Below, piece after piece: positions 43,012 to 56,771 of a DNA stretch of 64,000 nucleotides. The notes under the pieces were generated by a model that ran no database searches, was not told the origin of the DNA, and worked only from the letters and a program-made list of their open reading frames with translations. Position numbers and translations under genes: made by a program. Every line of letters starts with the position of its first letter. Position 1 is the first letter of the stretch. Source of the stretch: Octopus sinensis (Eukaryota); the NCBI RefSeq assembly GCF_006345805.1, contig NC_043006.1, forward strand, positions 95,232,001-95,296,000. Reading direction: 5' to 3'.

Positions 43012-43124
43012 CGGAGAGAGAGATGTAGATATGTAGAAAATTATGTATTTATATATACAGAGAGAGAGAGAAAGAAAGGGGGAGAAATAAAGATATAGAT
43101 AAAAATATATATGCATATATAGAC

Positions 43125-43191
<67 letters not shown>

Positions 43192-44495
43192 GATAGATAG
43201 ATAGATAGACACGTGCATATAAGCTGATATATTCCAACAAATGCATTGAACAAATTTTCTTCCACAATTATGCACATATATAATATATCACGTTAAATAT
43301 ACATTCAGGCACTATAATTATTTGTTTGTTTAGCGTTAATTTATATTTGTGCAGCGTAATTTCTACCAATAATATAAATATTTTGCCAATCTTCTAACGC
43401 AATCCATCAGAATATTCTGACGTGTTAGTAAATTGTCAACTATATTAAAGTAGTCTGGAAACTTAAAGTGTATTAGAACTTCAATAACTAAGTGCTTATT
43501 TTAATTTTGAACAAATACTTCACATTTACTAAAACAAAACTGAACAGCAAATGTAAAAGTAAGAAAACATTAAATGTAATTCAAGTGGAGAAGAATATTG
43601 AATAAGTAAAAGAAATGTGCATCTTATGTATTGATTAATTTTCAATGAATAAGAATAGCTGCAGATATTTAGTGTCAGTGGGTAGAAATGAAATAGAAAA
43701 TGAAAAGAAAATATATAATTATTTATATTTTTAGACTGTTTGTGCAGAGCCTCTTGATAATTTTTCCCAGAGAGCATGGCTTGAGAAAATGTTTGAAAAT
43801 TTATTAATACAAAACCATGTGTGTTTGACATATTGCCACGGAAGCCCGGGTCACTAATAGTAGAAGAAATATTTGTGCTGGTAATTTTAGATCAGTGAAA
43901 TTATATACCTTAGTACAAATACACACTTATATATACACGATGACAGCATGCGTATACTATAAATAACAATAAGCTAATGCTAACATATTGTTAACATTTC
44001 CATTCGGGATATGATTAATCGATCTCTGATGAAATGCAAATAAAAACTGAAATTGGTCAGAGGAAACTTTTTGTGTCCACCAAGAAAGAAAGAAAAACAA
44101 TCTTAGCTTTATCCACAGGGTCCACTTCACCGACTGAATCTAAAGTATGCATTTGTTAAAAATAAACACTTCTTCAATTATCAACGCTTAGTGTAGATCT
44201 TCTATGGATATGCATGTGTTTGTATATATGTATGGTGAAAATAGATATATACATACATACATACATACATACATACATGCATACATATATATATAATCCA
44301 AATAAGCAACAAGGATATCCAAAGGTGGTGCAGTACAATCGTTTCATGCTACTTCATTTAATTAATTTGATTGTACTGCACTACCTTTGGATATCCTTGT
44401 TGCTTATTTAGATTATAATCACCCAATTTTGATTTATATGGATAATACCATACTGGTGCCTTTAACTTAAGTACCATATTCAACTGAATCTATAT

Positions 44496-44544
<49 letters not shown>

Positions 44545-44546
44545 AT

Positions 44547-44587
<41 letters not shown>

Positions 44588-44954
44588 GAATATTTATGTG
44601 TGTGTCTATAAACCGCCCGAGAATCCATAAGTCAGGAAATAATGCACTCGTATATCTGTCAACAGACTGGTTTTATTAATCGAAGTATTTGGTACAGTCA
44701 AGATGAATCGAGTCCAGCAGATTAAGTCGGCAACAGTTTTCTAGAAAAGAGTTCGTAGCAAATGCTTTTGTCTTTAACGTTGTCGAAATGCAAATCTTGC
44801 CGACATGCAACAGAACGACCCCCTCCCACCCAATGATGATGTCTTGATACTAAGGGACATAACTCTTAACTTAGTCCCCTGTTCGATTCCTTTCATCTTT
44901 TTCACAGCAGCGGTATACCTCCAACTATAGAGAACAGTTGTCATGATTCATTCA

Positions 44955-45056
44955 ATAACGGCCACCTTTGAAGGACGCAGGGTTACAAAATCGGACTGTT
45001 AGCTAATATTCCGTTGAACCTCGGGTGCGAAACCGTTTGGTAAGATCGTCCGTTAT
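44955..45056 (+). ncRNA. Degenerate HHR-like motif in a probable pLTR
   Basis: ataacgg...TTGAAGGA-c-gca-gggtt...aacct..tgc-GAAA-ccgtttgg-TA...ccgttat, followed by TA-rich sequence. Confidence 0.4.
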
Positions 45057-45685
45057 GGATATATAATACTGTACACTTTGATTAATATATATATATATAT
45101 ATATGATACACACATAATTACTCAAACATGAAGTATGTGCGTATGTACAGGGGTACATGGTAAGCTATGGGATTCAAATTAGGACTAGGGTATGACATTT
45201 CCAGAAAGTCTGTTCTTCTTTTACCTTCGACTAGGGTATTTCATTTCACTATGCTTGAGTCTGCTTAATTGCACCGAGTACTAGCCGAGTGTTGCTACAC
45301 CTTATCTCCCCCTCTCTATCCACCTGTCATAGACAGGATATTCTGCTAAGGGAAGATGGAGTTGAGAGAGTGCTTATGTTTGCCCGAAAGTAATTCAGGA
45401 ATTCGCCCCCTCAACGATTTATGTTAATAATTGGTAGATGCTACCGCCCCGCGCGCGCGTCTATGTCTGTGTATACAGACACATAACACCTATACATACA
45501 TATACAAACATACATACACAGGATATATATATAAAGAGAGAGAAAGGGAGACGTAAACAGACATTAGTACATTAGTATCAAAGTAATAAAATAGTGAAAT
45601 GTACGCTTTTATGCTTCAGATATGAAAGCAAAAAATCAATGCAGGCGCATTATATATATATTATTAAAATGTAGTAGCACACACG

Positions 45686-45716
<31 letters not shown>

Positions 45717-45779
45717 TGATAATACCCTGATTATATTTATATATTCGATTTGCAAGATTATATTATTGTTATTATTATA

Positions 45780-45810
<31 letters not shown>

Positions 45811-45861
45811 TATTATTATTATTATTAATATTATTATTATTATTATTATCATTATTATTAC

Positions 45862-45907
<46 letters not shown>

Positions 45908-46314
45908 GTTATTATTATTATATATGTCTGTGTGTGTATTATAATTATAAATAAGGTATCGTAGAGATACTAGAATGTATAAATAGCAGTCAAAACCTGA
46001 CTCTAAAATCACTTCATGTATTCAATACAGCACAAAGTGTAAAATGAAATAGTACTAAACATTGGATAATTCCAGATTCCAGGTTTCTGGCTCTGCATAA
46101 AAAACTTTGCCTTCGTCAATGAAATATACCAAGAATTGTACATAATTACATATATAGACACACAAGCGTACGAATAGCTACACGACCAGTTCAGTTATCC
46201 GTCTAAACGCCATGTGCTATATGGTCAAACTACTACCACAGTAAATATAAAGGCGAGATGAATATATATAAATTTCTATATAAACAAGGAATTTTTCATT
46301 CCATGTTGCAAAAG

Positions 46315-46948
46315 GCGGAGACGTGTGTGTAAACAAGAAACAGGTGTATTAGTTTAACGCTCGGGAAGTGAGAAAGTCTTTTACGTCTCCAGCCTACGCT
46401 CTTGAACATAAATGAACGCAGAAATAAGCCGAGAGGGGAAATAAAAAAAAGCTTTAGTGGGTAGCGATAGAAACGACAATAGGAAAAAGCAGAAAGTACA
46501 AAAAAGGTTTAGAAAAGTTCAAAAGGTTTAAACGCCGTGATGTAGAGGGGCGATTTCTCTTCAACGGAAGAGTTCAGTGTAATCCACGTGAAAACCATGT
46601 GGAAGACCGAGGTGTAGGAGTCCGAAGTGAATGAGAGTAAATAATCCAGGTAGAATAGCCCGAAGTATACAAGGTGTAGTAAATCGAAGTGTATGGGGTA
46701 GAGAAAGGATGAAACTGGTGCGACCACGTGAGCGTGCAATATATAGTTGGAATTTACAAAAAAAACAACAAAAAACAAAAGACGAAGGCGTGTGTGTAAA
46801 CAACAAACGGATATATTAGTTTAACGTTCGGGAAGTGAGAAAGTCTTTTACGTTTCGTGCCTACGCTCTTCAACAGACACTTGCGATGAAGGATTAGCAC
46901 CCGAAACGTCAACACTCTTCCACTTCCCTGAAGCGTTCCACTAATACA
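46315..46948 (-). mobile_element. Mini-PLE: two direct pLTRs 467 bp apart plus a diverged inverted pLTR
   Basis: tcgggaagtgagaaagtcttttacgt at 46361 and 46828. HHR-like motifs at 46845-46877 (-), ~46378-46410 (-, decayed) and 46881-46912 (+). Confidence 0.7.
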
Positions 46949-47485
46949 AATTTTGGCACAAGGGTAGGAATTTCATGAGAGTAGTTTAAGTTGATTCCAT
47001 AGACCACAGTACCAAACTGACATTTATTTTGTCGATCCCGAGGGAATAGAAGACAAACTCGACCGGGCGGTAGTTGAACACAGAAGGTGAAGTTGGTAGA
47101 AACGGTGCTAATAAATTTGTACCTCCTGATAACGAACCTGCTAGCTTATTTACGTTAGAAATATCGCTGCCATGCTTCTCTTCGACAGATATCATTCAAT
47201 CTTTTATACTTTAAAACTATTACTGCATATTTAAATAATATATGACTTCGCTAATACTGTCTAACTTGCTTTACCACATTTCGCTTATATTCATTACTTA
47301 TTTCTATTGAATTCGGTACGGAACCTGTCAGCAGAAACTGAGATTAAATTTAGATTGAATCATTCATATTCTTAGTAATATCCGTTAATTTTAGTTTTCT
47401 TGGAACAGCAAAGATATTCAATAGGACTTGGGCTTCAAAGATGTGGAGACGTCTTTGCTGATATTTAGTAAGAAATGTGCCATGA

Positions 47486-47792
47486 TACGTTTGTTTGTTC
47501 CTTCTCGAGTCACGCCTGGCTCATAAGGGCCGGTTTCCCGGTTACCTTGGCGTTTGGGTTCCCCACCTGGATGGGACGCCGGTCTGTCACAGGTGAGCTG
47601 CAAGATGCAGGAAGAAAGTGTTCGAGTAAGTTGTGGCGAAGGAGTCAGCAGAAGTTCACCATTACCTTCTGCAGGAGCTGCGTGGAGCTTAGGTGTTTCG
47701 CTCATAAACACACACCTCGCCCGGTCTGAGATTCGAACCCGCGATTCCTCGACATCGAGACCGCTGCTTTAACCACAAGGCCATGTGCCTCC
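47486..47792 (-). mobile_element. tRNA-headed SINE
   Basis: The minus strand starts ggaggcacatggccttgtggttaaagcagcgg...gcgggttcgaatctcagacc (A and B boxes). Confidence 0.8.
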
Positions 47793-48335
47793 GCTATGAT
47801 ATGTGAATTACGTGAATTATGATCTGTGAAGTACGTTAATAAGTTAAAAAAGCACTACGCCCATGATAGATTTCCTAACCGTTGTGGCCTCATAGGAGTT
47901 TGTAAAACTCACCTTCAGATTGAAAATGTTTGCAATATTGTGGCCGGCAACATTGTTTGCAACACGGTTTGCAACATTAAAGTCACAAAAGAACTAAATC
48001 ACCCGTTTCTTACCGTTTTTTTCTCTTACCTATGGACCCCTTTGTTTATTATTTTACTCTGGTCAGTCCCTATAGCCATTCGATTTTGAAAAACTCGTTT
48101 TATATTTACTTTTCAAAATCCCTATTATATTTTTCACACATCTTCTTCTGAAGTAGTGCAAAAACACACTTCAAAGGAATATGTTTCAGTGGCCAGGAAC
48201 ATGCTAAGAAAAAATGTTAGAGAGACTGACATTATATATATCGAAGCAAAAGTTTTTTATGAACCCCTAAAACAACTAATGGATCAATGATTTACTATTT
48301 TGTCTGCGTGGATCCTAAAAGAAGTTATATGGACT

Positions 48336-48530
48336 ACCAGACGTCATTGGGCTCCGATGGAAAAATACTCTCTCCGATTCTGCATCTGTCGCTATCAGTA
48401 GTGTTGTCTATTCTGCACTTCATATAATTGGTCCTTAACACTTGTTCCTGAGCTGCGCATTTGAGTGCTTCTGTCGCTATCTTCAGGTCACTCCTTCTCA
48501 TCCATAGCCACCGATCCTCTCCATCTGTCA
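48336..48530 (-). mobile_element. R4/Dong-like LINE fragment adjacent to (CAT)n
   Basis: DRWLWMRRSDLKIATEALKCAAQEQVLRTNYMKCRIDNTTDSDRCRI is homologous to the WL..SGLKSETEGFIIAAQDQ..CRVC region. Confidence 0.8.
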
Positions 48531-48532
48531 TT

Positions 48533-48573
<41 letters not shown>

Positions 48574-48666
48574 TATTTACAGAATTTTAACTGGTAAGCG
48601 TGTCTTCATTTAATGCAGCGTGTATATACATATATATACGTATGTATATGTGAGTGTATGTGTGTC

Positions 48667-49400
48667 TACAGGGTGTATGAAAATTAAGTAGGCATTAAAC
48701 ATTGGTAATACAATCCATATTCCCTTTACAAATTTATTGAAACAAAAGATACGTTATTTATTACATGGGAATGATAAAGTAAATCTTCATACTTCAACTG
48801 GCATCAACCAGTTTCCGCAGATGGCCAGGGTTGGAATGAAGAACCTTCTAAAGGACTTCGTCTGGGATATAACTGAGAACCTCCTAAATCCGTGTCTTGA
48901 TGACCTCCAGTGTGCGAGGTTATTTTCTTGCACACCTTTTTTGTGTAACCCCACAGCAACAAGTAGTCATGCAAAGCTGATGTCCACGGGTTCTGTGAAC
49001 GATGCAAGAAGTAGGCGTCCAACCACATTCCGATCAGCGGAGAACGTCGCAACAGTGCAGAAAATGTTCAATCGCTGCCCGCAAAGGTCAACACGTCAAG
49101 CAGCACAATACGTCAAGATGCACAATACGTACTGTATTGCATAAAGAATTAAATTTTCGTCCGCGGAAACCCCATTACGTGCAGGATCTAATGCCCGAAG
49201 ATTGTGACCGCAGAAATCCAGAGATCCAGAACTCCATGTGGTGCAAATCTCACTGTGGTTGGACGCCTACTTCTTGCATCGTTCACAGAACCCGTGGACA
49301 TCAGCTTTTTATGACAACTTGTTACTGTTTCTGGGTGTAGTGTTGCATACTTACCATTCTATGCATATCAACATCTCTGAAATAAAACAATGGAATTCCA
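48667..49400. mobile_element. Rearranged non-autonomous Tc1/mariner-superfamily element
   Basis: TA-CAGGGTGT terminus at 48667. Minus strand gives DY..LWGYTK (C-terminal). Plus strand gives TGSVNDARSRRPTT..RSTRQAA and HYVQDLMPEDCDRR (N-terminal). Perfect 55-bp IR at 48973-49027/49254-49308. Confidence 0.8.
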
Positions 49401-49737
49401 AACTTCATAGCGTGCTTTTGTCTTTTCTACTTTAGGCACAAGACATAAAATTATGGGGTAGGGCGCCAGTCGTTTAGATCGACTCCAGTACGAAAATGTA
49501 ACTTAATTTATCAAAGGACAAAAGGCGAAGTCGACTTCGGCGGAATTTGAACTCAGAACGTAACGGTAGACGAAATAACACTAAGCATTTCGCCCGGCGT
49601 GCTAACGATTCTGCCAGCTGGTCGCGCTGTCGTCTTAGTTCGCTCCTGAACAGTCAAGCGACCGGCCATATGGAAAATTAGAAATAAGAAAATAAGAAAA
49701 CAAGAAATATATATATGTATATATATATATAATATAT

Positions 49738-49769
<32 letters not shown>

Positions 49770-49989
49770 CACGCACTGTATATGTATTCTTTTATTTGTT
49801 TGAGACATTTGACTGTGGCTATGCTGGAGCACGACCTTTAGTCGTACAGGTTCGACACTAGGACTTATTCTTTGTGAACCTAGTACTTATTCTACCTGTG
49901 TCTTTTGCCGAATTGTTAAGTTACAGGGACGTAAACTCACCAGCATCGGTTGTCAAGCGGTATTGGTGAGAACAGACACAAACAAACAA

Positions 49990-50056
<67 letters not shown>

Positions 50057-50093
50057 CACAAATTAGTAAATAAATAAATATATTATATATATA

Positions 50094-50140
<47 letters not shown>

Positions 50141-50329
50141 CGACATGCTTCTCTCAGTGTTCGTCTTCCAAATCCATCCACAACGATTTGGTCGGCCCGT
50201 ACCTATAATAGAAGACACTCGCCAAATGTGCCACGCAGTGGGACTGAACCCAGTACTATGTGGTTGGTAAGCAATCTATTTACCACACAGCCTCTCGTGT
50301 TACTCCCTCTCTCCCATATATATATATTA

Positions 50330-50386
<57 letters not shown>

Positions 50387-50489
50387 TGTGTGTATGTATT
50401 ATGTATGTATATATATAATATATTGTATATATAATGTGTATATACATATAATATATTATATATATATATATATATACGTATATATATAT

Positions 50490-52326
50490 AAAAAATAAGC
50501 AACAATAATAACTTCGGTAATTTGGTACGATCGTTTCACGCTACATCATTTTATTAAATATTGTAAGTATTACAACAGTTTTAAAATGTTGAGCAATCAT
50601 TAGCCATTAATAGAGGTTTCCCATTAATACATAATTTTCATATCAATTGATAACATTATAGAGAAGGTAGATATATAGACAGAGATGTCAATTTAAATTT
50701 TAAGAACATTCAAGTAGTAGAGTTTAGCAACTGACTGAAGAATATTCATAATATTCAGTTATCTTGAACTGCTAGAAGGCTGGGGAAAATGATCAGTTGA
50801 AAGAAGACAAAAAAGATTTTCTATTTATAGAAATAGTGTTGAAATAGATGTCAGAAGTTCTTTATAAAAAAACTAAGGTAGAAAGCGGGTTGTAATGCTA
50901 TAGAGGCTGTTTACTACTGTTTGGCAAACAGATTTTGTATTAGGAAAACTAGGCCAATGTCAAATGGTCACAGTTACCACCTATAGAGCTTACAGAGATT
51001 CTTTTAAACTTATATACATCAACTTTATATTTAGCTGGTAGGTTTTGAATATTTTTATACGTTGGATTAAAGGAGAAATTATTAATCTAAAATTTATTCA
51101 TTTTGGAGACAAATCTATCACTTAATGAGTAGGCATAATACTCAAGAACTGAGGACAAACGTCTTATTAATCAAGTGAATATATTGGGGGTCAAATATGT
51201 ATAATAGAAAAACTGGGAGAGGAGTAATCAAGAAGAATAGTTTTCATAGGTTTAGTAGAAGGGGATTTATTTTTATGAAGAGAAGTAATCAAGAAGAGTA
51301 AATTACTCAGATTTAGTAGATAGTGAATTGTTATTAATGATTTAAAATATAGAATATGTTAGACATAATATTTACTACCCGCGGAGAAAGGCTAATTAGT
51401 TAGGTAAAATTATCCTAGGTTAATGATATATTAAGAAATGGAAGTGAGGTAATCAAGGTGAACTGAGTAGTTTGTTTGGGGACATAGAATTTATACTATT
51501 TAATATAGGAGATTATAAAATAAAAAATAAAAAAGGTAGAATTTAATTCTAAATTTTCAATGAAGTTTTTTAGTAACCCATGCATGTTGAATTAAAATCT
51601 AGTATCGTATATTCATTCTTATTTAGTTATAAAGAATTAGAATTTGAAAAATTTAGGAATGGTCACAATATTATTATCTAAAATATTTAAACATACGGGT
51701 TGTGCGATGTATGTAATTTACTCCTAGTTCAGAACGGTTATTTAACAGATTTGTATTATTCCTATGTTTTAAAATTTCATATGTTTCCAAAGAACAAAGT
51801 TCACAGCCATCTCTACTATTTTTATAAGGCCGTGCATTTCTTACTATTTCCCATTTCAGGTTAAATTCTACATATTATTCGTTTTCAGTTCCCAAATTTG
51901 ACTAGACAATGTTGTGCAACCTGCCTTGTGTTTAAGCCTAAAGGAGGAAAAAGGATTGTTGAAACGTTTTTTTTAATCTACCGAACAACCGAAATAAAGA
52001 TAGTTGTTATTCGAAGTCACTATTGTACATTTATAAATCACATTTTGGACCAAACAGCGGCCAGATACCGGACATTTCAATCTAATCCTACAATTACAAT
52101 TGGGGGATAATTCCTGTTACTATTATTATTTATGGATAATTCGTTTTCACTTCCGTTATTTGAGTTGTTATTAGTATTAGTGTTATTTTCTCTAATAGTA
52201 GTTACATTGTTATGTAAACTGGCGTTACTAATTATTAATCTATTCTCACTATCTTCACCTACTACATTTTTATCTATACTACCTATATTATTGATGTTGT
52301 TATTATCACTATTTATATTAATGTTG

Positions 52327-52399
<73 letters not shown>

Positions 52400-52735
52400 C
52401 ATTATTATTGTTATTATTATTATCATTATTATTATTATTATTCCTATTATTATTGTTGTTACTATTTATTCTATCTCTAGCTAATTTTATATTTTTTACT
52501 ATTAATCTAGCTATTATGGTACCCATATTTGGAAGAGAAGAATATGATATTCTTACTGATTTCTTAGAAATTATTTTATAATATTTATGGGAAGCTGGGA
52601 AGTTTTATTCCAGTATAGACATTCATCTACTGTATATATTCGTCGAGATCGTATAGTTGAAGGGGATATTTAACCACAATTCTGGTGCATCTAACTTAAG
52701 TACCATATTCATTTGAATCTAAATTTTGCTGAACT
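50490..52735 (-). mobile_element. 5'-truncated Naiad-type Penelope-like element with inverted pLTR tail at the 5' end, ~1.1-kb 3' region and 3' end in (TA)n
   Basis: See the pseudogene entry. The pLTR remnant TGATG-tagcgt-GAAA-cgatcg-TA lies at ~50525-50550 (-). The terminal 52677-52732 matches the family tail. Confidence 0.8.
51674..52712 (-). pseudogene. PLE RT-thumb C-terminus, Asn-rich linker, CxCx5Cx5C motif and GIY-YIG endonuclease
   Basis: Manual translation: LWLNIPFN..NFPASHKYYKIISKKSVRISYSSLPNMGTII-(N-rich)-PNCNCRIRLKCPVSGRCLVQNVIYKCTIVTSNNNYLYFGCS..KKRFNNPFSSF..TTLSSQIWELK..FNLKWEIVRNARPYK..CELCSLETYEILK..LLNNRSEL. It has 3 stops and 2 frameshifts. Confidence 0.85.
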
Positions 52736-53059
52736 TACACACACACACACACACACAAACACACATATATATATATATATTCATATTAATTATATATGTA
52801 TGCGCTTTTTTCAATGAAGAAACACTCCATGCTATGACTTGCGCTGGTGCTGAACACTGGGGTATAATTCCTAATTGCCGAAATAACTGTGAGCTGATAA
52901 ATGTTATTTCGTCATTCATCTTCTTCCTCCGTTGCTTTACATACGCATACATACATACATACATACATACATACATCCACACATACATACATACATACAT
53001 ACATACATAAATACATACATACATACATACATATATACATACATACATACATACATACA

Positions 53060-53090
<31 letters not shown>

Positions 53091-53340
53091 CGTAGTACGT
53101 GAGTGTGCGTGTGTGTACGTAGCTATTAATGCATATGCATAGAGATAGGCTGCGTTGTAAATAATTCAGACTTGTAAAGAATGAAATAAAAACGTGTAGA
53201 GTAGATTAAAATGGATGAAAATTTTGTTGCAATTTGCAATTACGAAGATTAGAACTTTTAGCTTCACCTTTCACACATTTCCAATCTGTGATTAAAAGAA
53301 AGAAATTATATATATACCTATGCAGACACTCTGGCATAAG

Positions 53341-53373
<33 letters not shown>

Positions 53374-53389
53374 TATATAATATATATAT

Positions 53390-53421
<32 letters not shown>

Positions 53422-54809
53422 ATATATTATATATATATGTCTATATATATATATGTATATATATATGCATATACATATATATATGTATACACATATATAT
53501 ATATATATGATATATATATATACATATATATATGTATACATATATATGTATATGCATATATATATACATATATATAGACATATATATATACATATATATA
53601 TAAACACACACACGCACACACATATATATATATATGTATATGTATAAATGCATATATGTATGTATATGTATATGAATACACATGTTCCATCACACCTATA
53701 TTTATATTTATGTGTGTCTGTTCATGTGCGTATTATTCACACAGAAAATTTTAATTAGGCGTTCAAACATTTAATCAGTTGTTGACTTGTCTAATTTAGG
53801 TAGAAGTGAATACCAGTCTCAGCCATATACTAGGAAATTGTCGTTGTTTATCTCAATCTAAGGAATGTCAATTTGGTGTTGTACTAATTTTTCGCATCAC
53901 AATAAAGTCTCATTATTTATAATTTCGTTACGAAATGCGAGGATGTAAAAGCCACCAGGAACAATAAAACATAGTTATTGTTAATATGTTTCAATATAAA
54001 CGGAACGTAATTCTTTGATCAATTCAAAATATAGTGTTCTTTATTTGTTTTTAGTTACATATTACGTGTTGTTTGAAGCAATGCTAATCGCGGAATAAAA
54101 ATTTTAATCTAACGTAAAGTAGCCATTTTCGATAACAATTTGATTTTTCAGAAAATAGTGATAATGAGGAATAGCAAATGGAAATAAGGAAAAAAGAAAC
54201 ACACATGGATAAATGAAGCACAGAAAGAAATAAGAAATATAAAAAAATGATTAAGAGAACGGTTGTTACGAAAATAAAAATACTGGTTGAATGATGTTTA
54301 TTAAAGATTAGCTCATACAATGGCGGCTATATTCATCAGGAATATATCCAACAATTCTTTTCAAACAGTACAATATATGCCAACTTGTTTGTCAATCGCC
54401 ACTTACAAAAACAATGCGGCAGATGTAAATATTCTTCATTTATTTCATGTTTTAAATAGAAAACATAAAATAATCATACCTATACGCATGCGCATCTGTA
54501 TGTATAAAATACATATATATGTGTGCTCCTGTTTTTGTACGTGTGTGTGTGTGTGTGTATGTGTGTGTTGCTATACCCACACAAATAAACTTCAAATGTG
54601 ACAACTGGGGTTTTAATCTTGCCTTAATGAAAAGCAATAAACTAACGTCTTTAATGTAATGAAAGGAATATATTTCTTTCGTTTCCATTTGTATTTATCC
54701 TTTATTTAGTTTCCTTTTTAGGGTACGGAACGATAGGGATAGAGGATATGCAGAACACGATGAATAATTAACCATAAAGTTAGAATTTACACGAATAATG
54801 AAAAGAAAA

Positions 54810-54945
54810 GGCGTCGTTCTTTAGATACAAAGCCAATCACAGGCGTCATTTTATCGAAGAAAGACGAAGAAAAACGAAACGTATATCACACAGCTGAAAT
54901 CATTAAAGATTGAAAGCGAACAGGAAGGCGTGCGGAAGAAGTTTA
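54810..54945. promoter_or_regulatory. Possible promoter-like motif cluster
   Basis: AGCCAATCA (CCAAT), GGCGTCA (CRE-like half site) and CAGGAAG/CGGAAG (ETS-like) within ~130 bp of non-repetitive DNA. No associated exon seen. Confidence 0.2.
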
Positions 54946-56039
54946 AAAGAGTGAAAGTAAAAAGAATACACAACATAGAACTGTTAGATGTCAACAAATT
55001 GTCTTTTATGTTCTTTGACTTGTTTAGTTATTTTTTGGTTTAATCAAATTCCTGAAAGAATTCGGAGTAAGTTCATTGCTCTAAAGTAAGGGAATTGTAA
55101 ATAGCTGATGGGCAAAATTCTGATGTCAGGGAATAACGAAATAAATACAGATGTTGCCAAAGTTTGTATATAACTATATATATATATATATATATATATA
55201 AACCATATTTATATATTAATCAAGTTAAACTGGTTTAATATATTGTTGAGAAATATCTCTTTAATATAAAAATAAGTATATTATAAATATCAAATTTTGT
55301 TAAGAAAATTGAGATATTTAATGAATAAATTTATTAATGTTTTAATAAAGCCTACAATTGTTTCAATTCACACTCAATACAAAATACGAACCTATAGAAT
55401 ATTTAGAGAAAAATATCTTGAGAGCTAATGGACATTACGGAAACTACATGTTGATCAAATGAGATTCTCTAACAGACGAAGTGGAGGAAAAATCTTTAAT
55501 TTTATGTGTGGGTTAATAATTTATAGCTATTATAAGATATAGAAAATATAAAATATAAAAACGAGAATAAAAAGTAAGTAATAATGACGATGTTCAGACA
55601 CATATAAAGATATACAGAGAAAAATGAAATTAATAATAAATAATAAAAATAGAAATGCTAAAATGAAGGAAATGAATTTTTTTCTGAATAAAGATGCAGG
55701 AGTGGTTGTGGTAAGAAGCTTGCCTCCCAACCACTCGGTTCCGGGTGCAATCCCACTGCATGGGATCTTGTGTAAGTGACTTCTACTATAGCCTCGGGCC
55801 GACCAAAATCTTATCAGTGGATTTGGTGGACGGAAACTGAAAGTAGCCCGCCGTACACGTATACATACATACATACATACATACATACATACATACATGT
55901 ATATGTGTATGTGTGTGTGTATATATATATATATAAATATTTGTGTTTACCCCCCCCCCCCATCACAACTTTTGTTAGTGTGTTTACGTTCCCGCAACAT
56001 AGCGGTTCGGCAAAAGGGAGTTTTGGATTACCTCGAGCC

Positions 56040-56742
56040 CACTATCGAAGATTCGGTCTACATAAAACGTAGCTTCATCACTGAACAACACAAATGTTTT
56101 CGTAAAATTGGTATTTTCATCCAATTTATCTGAAAACCATTGGCACATGTACATTCGTCTATTAGGCTCGTCTTCATTTAAGTGGTGCAATATCGGTAGC
56201 TTGTATCCATGAAACTTACCCTCAACCAGGATTTTGTGGATGGTTGATTTTGGAACACCTAACACTGTGGATGTCCAGCGAAGTGATTTCATTGCTCTAG
56301 CAGAAAGCTTAGTCATGACAACCTCTTTCGTTTCATCTGAAGTCTTTCGCCGCCTGGAACTGGGTTTATCCAAAACACTGCCTGTTTCTTTAAATTTCTT
56401 GATCAATTTCCCAACGGCAGTAAAATAAATAGGTTGCCTATAAGGGTGTCGAAGATTAAATTCTTCCGCAATTTTGCGATAAGACCATCCCTCTCGTCCA
56501 CTTAATAGTACTATCTCGATTCTTTCTTCTTTAGACAGAACCATCATTCGATCTGGTATTCTTTCTTCTTTAGACAGAGCCATTATTCAATCATCTGTAG
56601 AAAACATAACAAATAAATTTAGAAAAGTAAAGTATTTTTTTATTTAATTTAAACAAATGTAAAAAGGAAAATTATTATTTCTTTTATTTAATTGTTTATG
56701 TTATGATTTCACTCAATGTACCCAGACTTCGTGGACACGCTA
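56040..56742 (-). mobile_element. Tc1/mariner-superfamily transposon 5' half (HTH and first catalytic Asp)
   Basis: ORF 55984-56583 has LSKEERIEIVLL, KLIKKFKETGSVLDKPSS, VPKSTIHKIL and VLFSDEATFYV. TIR-like gtgtccacgaagtctgggtac at ~56718-56738. Confidence 0.85.
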
Positions 56743-56771
56743 AAGTTGCTTTGATTAAAACCCTTTCTAAC

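Noticed and set aside
47925-48332. Possible hAT/MITE-like element with repeated tttgcaac and ggacccc motifs
   Set aside because: Terminal inverted repeats and a target duplication could not be defined.
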